A stretch of DNA of 62,849 bases, the filler included, from Stramenopiles sp. TOSAG23-2 (Eukaryota): assembly GCA_900128395.1 (NCBI GenBank). It is 5 parts of 5 records of this genome, joined end to end, with 100 filler letters (N's around TTAATTAATTAA, not from the genome) between each part and the next. Parts side by side here need not be neighbours in the genome. Positions count along the whole stretch, not along the records: positions 1 to 28,889 come from LT649395.1; 4 more parts are not named here. One strand, written 5' to 3'. A program made the translations under genes and the position numbers. Position 1 is the first letter of the stretch; the number at the start of each line of letters is the position of its first letter. The notes below the pieces were generated by a model, which saw nothing but the letters and a program-made list of their open reading frames with translations, did not search any database and was not told the origin of the DNA. Shown here piece by piece: positions 1-9,739 of the stretch.

Positions 1-159
1 GATGAAATTTGTAGATGGTGTAGTCTAACTATGTGTGGATATAAATTTCCATATTCCTTGTTACGGCATTCTGCCGTAACAAGCTAGTAGAGGGATATAG
101 TACGTATATAATGGTGCACATGTAGATAGTATAATACTTTGTAATCTGGTATAGTAGTC

Positions 160-513
160 GTCTGCGTCGTCAGACTCTTTTTCTCGTCTAAAAAACTGGA
201 TTGCAAAAATGGCATCCAAAATAATAATATAAAGCACCTTAAATGTTTTTTAAGTGCCTATCTACTACCTAAAAAATCATCATCGCTCAAAAAATTATTA
301 TTATTTTTTTATTAGATCGTCATCTAGAATAATAAGATGTTAATAATATAAAGCACCTTAAATGTTTTTTAAGTGCCTATCTACTACCTAAAAAATCATC
401 ATCGCTCAAAAAATTATTATTATTTTTTTATTAGATCGTCATCTAGAATAATAAGGTAATATTATTGAAAGAATCGTGCAACAATATTATCGAAAGAGTC
501 TGACGACGCAGAC
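160..513. mobile_element. MITE-like element with 21-bp terminal inverted repeats and an internal 119-bp tandem duplication
   Basis: GTCTGCGTCGTCAGACTCTTT (160-180) is the exact reverse complement of AAAGAGTCTGACGACGCAGAC (493-513). The right end is followed by TA. Interior is non-coding; 222-336 is repeated at 341-455. Confidence 0.65.
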
Positions 514-802
514 TAGTGCAAAACAATCTAAATCTATTTTCAAATATATTTATTTCTTCAATTATTTATAAAAAATGATTTAGATTTCTGGTGTTGAACA
601 CTATGCTGGTATGGTCATATGAATGAATGTAACAAAATGTAATATACATCATAATATATATATATATATATATAATATTCCTTATTGTTTTCGATCTAGA
701 CAAATATATACATACATACGGCTTGTTGATTTTTTGTGACAAAAATTTTCATATATAGACATCACGTATATATTTTTACTTTTTTTAATAATTATTCAAA
801 TC

Positions 803-2500
803 ATGATGAATATAACAGCTGTTGAAAACCATGTTACTATTATAAAAGATGAAATATCTACTAACGATGAGAAGCGTTCACAGGAAAAAACTATATTGAA
901 AGAAAATTCTTTTGAAGTAAAAGAGAGAAAATACGAGACAAAAAAAACTGCTATTCCAAGCGAAGAAACGGAATTGTTGCCAGTAAAACCAAAAGGTCCA
1001 TATGCGTTGGGATACAAAGTACGAGTTTGGTGGGATGGTGATAAAAAGTTTTTCAATGCAAAAGTTAAAAAATATATTCAAGTTACAAACACGCATGTTA
1101 TTCAATATACGGCAGACAAAATTGTTGAAGAACAAAACTTATCGGATCCATCCATAGATTTTTTTAAATTGAAAAACGAACAAGAAGTGAAATCAAACGA
1201 AAAATTGTGGAAATTATACTTTGCACGTTTAAATCCAAAGACACCAAAAAAACCAAAAACAGCTTATAATTTATATTATGGAGCTAAGATGAAATGCTTT
1301 TTTGAAAAAAATAAAAATAACAACGAGGCTAACAAAAATGAACGCAACAACAATAATAATTGCAATCTTGTAAATGATGAAGACAAGAAACAAATAACAT
1401 TATCAAAAAAAGAATATGCAAAACAAATTCAAGAGGAATGGAAAGCTGCAGATCCAATGGAAAAAATGCCGTATATCAATGAAGCAAAAAAACAATCGAT
1501 TGAATATGAAGTAATTTTTAAAAAATATTTACAAAATATGCCACGAGGTGGCTATCCTCTTCCATTGCCACAAGAACGTGGCTTAATTACTTGGCAACGA
1601 AAGAAGCTAGATTCATGTCCAAAACCAAAATGGAAATCTCATGCCAATCGTATAATGAAGGATGGCTATACTGTATTCCCAAACGTACTTTCAAAAGAAA
1701 TAATATATTTTTTTTTGCACAACATTGAAAACAAAAGCAACCCAAAACAACATCAATTTGTGACAAATGAAAATTTATCAAGTGTATTATTGCCAAAACG
1801 AAATTTACGCAAACGTAGTGCATCGCAAGTTTGGAAAGGTGCAATTGCTACAATTGATGCGCATATCAATCGTGTTGGTGAACGCATAACTGTAAAAGCG
1901 CCTGTCTGTGTTCGAAGTGAAGGACGGTTTGATCTGGAATTAAATGATATCGCAGCGAAGCCTATTAATGATTCTGTAACTGATGTGGTTCAATTTGTAC
2001 AATATTTGTTAAACCATCGTGGCAAAATTAAAACGCAAAATGTGATGCTATCTGAGCCTGGTTCAGCAAGGCAACCAATACACACGGACAGTAATTGGAA
2101 AGGGAAACGCCAGCGTGATCCTAGACCGCATTATTTCACAATATTAATACCTTTGACTGATCAAGATTTAGAAACTGGCGGGACAAGAATTTTTCCTGGT
2201 ACACATCGAGATGTAAATTTAGGGGCAAAAGAAAACGGTGGAACGATTGAAGGGGTCGAAAATCCACAAAAAGCAGGCGATGCTTTAGTGTTCGATGGGT
2301 TATTGCAACATCATGGAACAGAAAATGTGACAGGACAGGAAAAGAAAAGCGACGATAATGATGGTAGTAGTAATTCTTTAACAATTACAAAGAAACGAAA
2401 TCGATATTTTTATTATATGGCTATTGCAGTTGGTGCAGATCCAAATACATATGTTACAGGAAAGAGTGGCACTTTTAAAAGACAAAAGAAGCGAAAGTGA
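803..2500 (+). CDS. Tudor-like + HMG-box + PhyH-type 2OG-Fe(II) dioxygenase multidomain protein
   Basis: 565-aa ORF. GYKVRVWWDGDKKFFNAKVKKY...HVIQY (Tudor-like); PKKPKTAYNLY...W...EKMPY (HMG box); QPIHTD...GGT...GDALVFDGLLQHHG (HxD...H facial triad); C-terminal KRQKKRK NLS. Confidence 0.8.
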   Translation: MMNITAVENHVTIIKDEISTNDEKRSQEKTILKENSFEVKERKYETKKTAIPSEETELLPVKPKGPYALGYKVRVWWDGDKKFFNAKVKKYIQVTNTHVIQYTADKIVEEQNLSDPSIDFFKLKNEQEVKSNEKLWKLYFARLNPKTPKKPKTAYNLYYGAKMKCFFEKNKNNNEANKNERNNNNNCNLVNDEDKKQITLSKKEYAKQIQEEWKAADPMEKMPYINEAKKQSIEYEVIFKKYLQNMPRGGYPLPLPQERGLITWQRKKLDSCPKPKWKSHANRIMKDGYTVFPNVLSKEIIYFFLHNIENKSNPKQHQFVTNENLSSVLLPKRNLRKRSASQVWKGAIATIDAHINRVGERITVKAPVCVRSEGRFDLELNDIAAKPINDSVTDVVQFVQYLLNHRGKIKTQNVMLSEPGSARQPIHTDSNWKGKRQRDPRPHYFTILIPLTDQDLETGGTRIFPGTHRDVNLGAKENGGTIEGVENPQKAGDALVFDGLLQHHGTENVTGQEKKSDDNDGSSNSLTITKKRNRYFYYMAIAVGADPNTYVTGKSGTFKRQKKRK

Positions 2501-2990
2501 AATATATTAATAATTTTGTAAAAATTGTTCTCTGTCTGTAATTAATATACGAGTACGTATATAAAATTATATAAAAAATATTATTTTTTATTTTTAAATT
2601 TTGACAAATATTATGATATATCATTTTTACGGTATTTTATACGCGTTCGTAAAATATTTAAAAAATTAAACGAAAAAATAATTCTAACGAGTCTCGTATT
2701 TTTTCATTTCACCACAATTTAAAAAATAATATTTTCACACGCACACATCATCAGTACGCCGTATTAAAAATCGTACGAATGTTCAGAGAGTGTAATAGAG
2801 ACAATCTTGTTAAATAATACGAATTCGTACTTCGTAATATTTTTTTAAATACAAAAACGAAATTTTAAATGTACACTTCTCTCATTACCCAGTGTCACAC
2901 AAGTTTTTTTTATATACTTCGTAATATATATCATTATAAATATGATATGATTTTAGTATTGCAAACATATTTTTTGTCCAAATTTACTAC

Positions 2991-3599
2991 TCATGCACCT
3001 GTAGGTGCTAGATCATCCCATAAGGGCATGCCCATTCCATCCATTCGTTGATCTGTTAAAAGCAATATTATATCAAGTATCCACCAAAATAACAATCCAC
3101 CAAATGTAAACATTTTAAAAAAACCAATACACATAAATCCTCGATTACCAGCAGCTAAATAAAACCAATCTGCCCCGAAGATACCAAGAAATATGGAGTA
3201 GAAAAAAGCTTCTTTTTTCATTTTTGCTGGATAAGCACATGCTTTAACTGGCAAAAATCGTTTTCCTAAATTAGTTGCATTCGTAAAGTCTGGATATTGC
3301 ACATGCTTATATGGCTCCAAACAAGTACATGTCCCATATATATCACCTTCCTTTTCTACTTCACATAAACCTTGCCCGCATGATAATTCTGTTTTGTTTG
3401 AAGGATTAAGAAATAAACATTTATGCGTATCCACATTTTTATATGGTAACACTTTCCTTGCTTTGTATGGATTTAATGCAGCATTTTCATAATTCGAATC
3501 GTCCAAAGTAGGTACTGCGTCATTCCCAATCTTAATTCCATGAACATGAAATGCCATAATTGACAACAATACAACGACGAGGAGGATCTTAAACATCAT
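2991..3599 (-). CDS. TM2-domain membrane protein with signal peptide and EGF-like Cys motif
   Basis: Hydrophobic N-terminus; CGQGLC...CTC; AFFYSIFLGIFGADWFYL...GFFKMFTFGGLLFWWILDIILL matches the TM2 domain. Confidence 0.85.
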   Translation of the reverse strand: MMFKILLVVVLLSIMAFHVHGIKIGNDAVPTLDDSNYENAALNPYKARKVLPYKNVDTHKCLFLNPSNKTELSCGQGLCEVEKEGDIYGTCTCLEPYKHVQYPDFTNATNLGKRFLPVKACAYPAKMKKEAFFYSIFLGIFGADWFYLAAGNRGFMCIGFFKMFTFGGLLFWWILDIILLLTDQRMDGMGMPLWDDLAPTGA

Positions 3600-4032
3600 G
3601 ATTATATATATATTATATATTACCTGGTTTTGGATTTATATATATATATTTTTGGTGTAAGGAGATAATAATAATCAAACTGATTCCTGTATATATTATA
3701 CACACACACACACACACAAAGACGTCTAATATATATATATATATATATATATCTGTATATACTAGCTACCACCCAGAAGATCGATGTAAATAGTTTTGAC
3801 TACTATCTCCCTGGGATCTCTTTCTGTTTGTTTATATATATATCTATGACTACATATCTACCAAATGCTGTTGTTTTGGATATATTATTTTATTATTATT
3901 ATTTTTGGATAAAATGTGCACTTTTATCGCCTTTTATTAGTAGTGGTGTGTGGTGTAAGTTCCTGGTTTCATATATCAATATAAAACCAAGGATAACAAG
4001 TTTTATTTGTTGTGTTATTTGTCATGTGGTGT

Positions 4033-4326
4033 GATAGATGAAATCGATGCGTAAGTTCACTTTCAAGTATAAGTCTTATTATACAATTATATGAGAGGTT
4101 TGATAGGGGATATCGATGCGTAAGTTCACTTTCAAGTATAAGTCTTATTATACAATTATATGAGAGGTTTGATAGGGGATATCGATGCGTAAGTTCACTT
4201 TCAAGTATAAGTCTTATTATACAATTATATGAGAGGTTTGATAGGGGATATCGATGCGTAAGTTCACTTTCAAGTATAAGTCTTATTATACAATTATATG
4301 AGAGGTTTGATAGGTGATATCGATGC
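4033..4326. repeat. 69-bp tandem repeat, about 4.2 near-identical copies
   Basis: ATCGATGC recurs at 4043, 4112, 4181, 4250 and 4319; the units are essentially identical with no spacers. Confidence 0.95.
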
Positions 4327-4924
4327 AAATTTTTTTTAAAAGGCGACAGCATTGACTGGAGCTCGTCTGCTAAGTAACCCTAATTCGTGTTACGGATGCT
4401 GTGTCCATAGTAGTTTACACACACCATATTCGACCCTTAAACACAGTAATTCCACAAACCGGCCAAGAGAGGACCTCTCTGCCGAAGGAGGATGGAAAAA
4501 AATCCGAAAAATAAATCTATATATTAGCATATAAATAACACCAAGAATTTACTTCCCATTCTGCCGATTCCTACTCCTGAACCCATAAATAGGCACACAT
4601 ACACTACTGCACCAGTATACATGTCGTTGCATATGATCAGATTGCTGGATTTAGATTGCCGATGATTATTATTTGTTGTGTGCCCTGGTGTGCAGTTATT
4701 AGAAGAGTTATTATGGAAAAATGAATAATAAATATAATATAAAATCGAATAATAATAAATAAAATATTTACAAGATGATATAAATACATGTTGTTTACAA
4801 CCACCTTCACACACTTTTTGTATATGTGTTTATTACTGTTCGATTTTTATTTCGTTCATGTTTTTGGAAATATAATACTACATTTTTAACGAAGTAGTAC
4901 ATATATATATATATATATACCAAA

Positions 4925-5314
4925 ATGGCAAAGCGAGTTTTAATAAAAAATGTAAAGGCAAAGGAAGCATTAATGAAATTAGGTCAAGCAGCGCTGAATC
5001 CTGTTAAAGTTAATAATAAATGGCGAAAGCCGAAAATATCAAAGCGTGTTGCAAGTGAATTGCGTAAAGAGGCTATAAGAACTGGTACGTATGGATATAA
5101 GGATACAGACTTATGGAAGCCCTCTTGGGATAATCGAAGAGTAAATACGGTTGCGACAGCACCGCGTGGTAAAAATTGTGATAATAAATTAGAAGAACGT
5201 TTACAAAAAGTAGATGATGGTCTAGCACAACAACCAGAGCTTTTGAAAAAACATAAAAAAGCAGAAGCGGATAGGAAACCCAAATCATTCCTTGAAAAAT
5301 TATTAGGTGAATAA
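4925..5314 (+). CDS. Mitochondrial large-subunit ribosomal protein mL59 (MRPL25-like)
   Basis: 129 aa, basic. LNPVKVNNKWRKPKISKRVASELRKEA and PRGKNCD...EERLQKVDDGL resemble the MRP-L25/mL59 pattern. Confidence 0.65.
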   Translation: MAKRVLIKNVKAKEALMKLGQAALNPVKVNNKWRKPKISKRVASELRKEAIRTGTYGYKDTDLWKPSWDNRRVNTVATAPRGKNCDNKLEERLQKVDDGLAQQPELLKKHKKAEADRKPKSFLEKLLGE

Positions 5315-5335
5315 TCTAGATGTGGGTTATGTATA

Positions 5336-5730
5336 TATATATATACACATATGTAAAATATTTATAATAAATAATATCTCCTTGGTATGTACACGTAAAA
5401 AAGTGTGTGTATAGTACGCGTATATATTAAATATATATTATATATCTTTATTTTTATCGTGGCTTGTATGCATATGATAATATGCATATCATAATTTCTT
5501 CCATGATATGCATATTATATATAATTTAATTTACGCATAATTTATTTTTAATTTACTCATGATAATTCCTACTCTATATATACACATATGTAAAATATTT
5601 ATAATAAATAATATCTCCTTGGTATGTACACACGTAAAAAAGTGTGTGTATAGTACGCGTATATATATATTATATCTTTATTTTTATCGTGGCTTGTAAT
5701 ATGCATATCATAATTTCTTCCATGATATAT
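5336..5730. repeat. Imperfect tandem duplication (period about 238 bp) in a convergent 3' intergenic region
   Basis: TACACATATGTAAAATATTTATAATAAATAATATCTCCTTGGTATGTACAC...TTTCTTCCATGATAT occurs at 5343 and again at 5581. Confidence 0.85.
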
Positions 5731-5889
5731 TATACTCGTATACGAATCGTAAAAAAATTCTCTTGTATTTTTATAATATATTTTTAAAGATTTTATTTAC
5801 TCATAAGTATATATAATATATATAACGTAAACACTAACAATATTATATTTTATATACTCGTATATATATATATGTTTGCATCAATATTC

Positions 5890-8800
5890 TCAATTTGCTG
5901 GTTGCGCTTTTTCATATGTTTGCAATTTCCTACCAATCAAATATTTTTCATCCCGTAACACATTATGAAATGAAGATACTGCTGGTAATACTTGCAGTGA
6001 AAGAATATCGTAAAGGCAAATTAAAAATGCCGTACCCCAAATACCACCTAAATAATCCTTTGCTAAAATATACAAAATATCTTGCATACCTTTACTACTA
6101 TGCATACCATCGTTTGTTGCATGAAGAATACCTAACGTCTGTGTTGTTATTGTTGCTATTTCTATATCATCCCGTGTTATCGTGCTTTCTCGTACAATTA
6201 AATTAGCACAAACACAAATACAAAAAGGTAACACCATGTATGCAAAATACCAGCTAGGAACAATCCGCAAATTTTGTTGATATACAATGGGTAATGAAAT
6301 CATGAGCACTACCAATGCAATAAGTAAATAATAATTAGAACTAACGATATTAAATACATTACTTCTACTACGTATGTCATAGGTATTATTGGTCATATTG
6401 CTGCCATTGGTGAAATGTGTTAAAATGGATGTAAGAAATAATGGCTGCATGACAAATAATAAAATACGAGTTGGTATTGTCTTTGCAGAATGGAATATGC
6501 GTATAAATACATGCACTCGATGTTTTGCCATCCATCCTAATAATACAGTTGCAACAAGGCCATATGGACCATGCATATTTGAACCTTCAATACCAAATGC
6601 ATAAAATGGTAAATATATTCCAAAGCCAAGTAATGATAGTAATATAATGTTGATGATCAACACTACAAACCAAATTAAAAACACCAAAGCCATTATTCGC
6701 ATGAACACATATGAAGGTGTTTTTCTAGGATATAGTTTACGCGGCCCAGCCATTTTTACATACGGTATCCCATCTGAATCTGTTTCCGGAACAAGGTTTA
6801 CATCCTGGCCATTTTCCAATGCAATTAAAACATCGCTTTTGATCGGCAATAAATACTTTTCTAAACCCAAAACGCGACAAACTTTTGGTAAGTATAGATC
6901 CATGCTTTCACGCAAAGCCGCGCGAAATGGCTCAATTGCATAATAAACGACTAAATAAACAGCAGTCACTTCTAATAAAACTTGGCCATTGACCCAAAAA
7001 TATGCACATGGTGGTCTAAATGGAACTAAATTGCGAAGGGCAGAAAATTGGGAATATTGCATCATTTGCACAGGCAATATTAAAAACATGATAATTAATA
7101 AAATGTAGATAACACTTGAGACAACAGACCTACGTATATGGGTTCCCCATGAATCTTCTAAAAGTGTTTCTAACAAATTTTGCTCCGGTTTTGGTATACG
7201 AACAATTCCCTAATATATATATATTAGATATAAATAATGTTAAAAGTTAGTACGAAATGATATCTTGATTATTAAAAAAAAAATAAAAAATAGAAAAGTT
7301 GTGAAATGAGTATAGTATATAGATATAGATATATATGGCAGAAAGGTATAAACTACGTACATTTAATACTTCAGGATGCAATACCTCTTTCAATTCTAAA
7401 ATGACCACTGTAACAATTAGCATAAAACCGATGCCAAGCACCCAATGCATTGCTACTCCAACTGTTACTGGATAATTTTCTATCATATCCCATTCATGAA
7501 TAATTTTATCTTTGAAACAATCAAGTTCACTTGCATGCCATATCAATCCTAAACAGATAGGATATATACCCATTTTAAAAATAAACAATACCGTAATTTT
7601 TAAAACTGAAGCAACAGCAGAAAGATAAGATACTATATTACCAGCAAGTTCGCTTGATAAATTTTGATTTGCCCATCGTGCACTACAATATGGCAATCCA
7701 ACCAATGCACCGATAATAACAGTATGACCAACGAAAAAATGAATAGTATTCATTAACACAGGACCTGCCATAATAGATTTTAAAGTACTAGCAGAAAATG
7801 TAGACGATAACAGGCCTCTACCAACACCACGTGGAAATGCAACAAAAATTACTAAGACTAATGATACAAACAACCAAAAAAATATCATGTTACGAACAGC
7901 TGCTAATGGATGACTATCGAAACCTAAAAGTGCATTTAAAGGTAGTTGCATTTCACCCCCACCATCATCAATAAAATCACCATTTTCATTATTGTTGGCA
8001 TTATTATTAATATTATTATTATTATTCATTTGCTGCTGTTGCTGTTGTTGAGCAGCCATCATTGGTTGTTGTTGAGCTTCGTGTTCTTCCTGTTGTGGAT
8101 CTTCATTTAATATATCATGTAGATCGTTATTATTATTATTATTATTTTCATCATTATTTTCATTATTATTTTCATCATCATTGTTGTCATCATCATTATT
8201 GTTTGCTGCTAAAATATTCTGTAAATGTTGCTGATCGTTGTTATTGTTATTATTATTTTCATCACCATCATTCTCGTTTTCATTATTATTGTCATTATTA
8301 TTATTATTATTATTTGCTGCTAAAATATCATGTAAATGTTGCTCATTATTTTGCATGGCTCTATCAATTGCTAATTGATCCTCTGTTCTCCAACGATAGA
8401 AGTCGGTAAATGCAACTAATGCCAATACAACTACCGTCGTTGTTATCATTAAAAATAAACCATGCTGTAAATCTTCCCACATAAATTTTATTGTCATTCG
8501 TCGAAATACAGATTCAAACGTATGATTGTCTTGCTCCCATACCATAAAACCCCACTTTATCATAATAGGTAGAAGAACTACCCACAAAAAAAGACAATAA
8601 ATAAACTTAAGAAATTTTTTGTAACGTGATGATATTAATGCAAAAAATGCATTAAACATTTCACAACATGGTAAAATTGCAGGAGTGTCGTCACGATAAA
8701 TAGCTGCAAATTTAAACTTATGCCCACATAACTCACACGTTTCACTTTTTTTGATTTCTAACCATTTAACTAAACACGCTTCGTGAACAAATCTAATACT

Positions 8801-8896
8801 CCCGTCACATTTACATGGCGATATCAATGGTTCGCTTTCACTCCCTGTATCCCTACATACACGACATTCATCTTCCTCTTCTAAATATGTTGTCAT
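5890..8896 (-). CDS. MARCHF6: MARCH6/Doa10-type RING-variant E3 ubiquitin ligase; exons 8896-7361 and 7209-5890
   Basis: CRVCR...PCKCDGSIRFVHEACLVKWL...CELC (RING-CH), many TM segments, C-terminal LRDEKYLIGRKL. Phase-0 intron 7210-7360 (GTACGT...TACTAAC...TAG) joins the two ORFs in frame. Confidence 0.9.
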
Positions 8897-9233
8897 TTTT
8901 AAAAAATATTTTTTATTAACTACTAATTGGATCTTTTTGAACAAACATGAATTGCTTGTAAATAGAGGCGTAAGGGACCCGAACCCTAAGTAAATATAAT
9001 AATCGTGTAGACGACGAACGTAAAACGACAAAGTAAAAGTGTGACAGTGTTTGTTATGGATGCCGCGAGAACAAGAAGACCAAACTTTTTTTGCACAAGT
9101 TGCAATTTATATCATTCATTCTTCCCCAGCCGGGCCAGCATTTCTTCGTTTTTGGATGATGTTATGAATTTTTGAACAACCTTAAAGTATATTACCAGAG
9201 GGCTCTCCCTGCTATCCACCTGCTTTCTGTTCA

Positions 9234-9399
9234 TAAGGAAAAATTTCTGGAATCCGTCATACTTTTTTAAAAATATATTAAGTATGTATATTTGTATACT
9301 AGTATTCCGATTTTTATTTGGTATTACTATTAGTCTACAAATATATATACTTAATATATTTAAAAAAAAAGTATGACGGATTCCAGAAATTTTTCCTTA
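9234..9399. mobile_element. Fold-back (palindromic) MITE-like element bounded by TA
   Basis: TAAGGAAAAATTTCTGGAATCCGTCATACTTTTTT is the exact reverse complement of AAAAAAGTATGACGGATTCCAGAAATTTTTCCTTA. The arms continue with few mismatches for about 68 bp around a short spacer. Confidence 0.75.
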
Positions 9400-9739
9400 A
9401 TGTACGATTTTTTCAGATTTTTTTCTTCCTGTTGCTCCTCTCTGTTCGGCACTTGCAACACTTCGGTTTTTTTTTATTTTATTTTTTCGTCCTTAACAAT
9501 ATGAACCATCCAATTCACCACAAAAACAACAACAAATAATAAAAATGTAAAAGACAAAAATCTATATGATAAGTACTATATGATGTCACGTATGCACACC
9601 AATTCGTACATTGCAACTGAGAGAACATTGTAAAGTACTGTAAGTATCAATTAAAAAAAAAAAAAACAAATATTATAAAGGTGTTAGAATATATATATAT
9701 ATATATTTGCATAAATAATAAAGATTTTTTACTAAAAAT

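Noticed and set aside
4033..4326. CRISPR-like array
   Set aside because: Units are identical end to end with no variable spacers; eukaryotic context, no cas genes.
8897..9031. N-terminal extensions from TTG/GTG starts (also 16462, 26624, 38120, 45992, 54804)
   Set aside because: Bacterial-style start calls; eukaryotic ATGs lie downstream and the extensions look like UTR.
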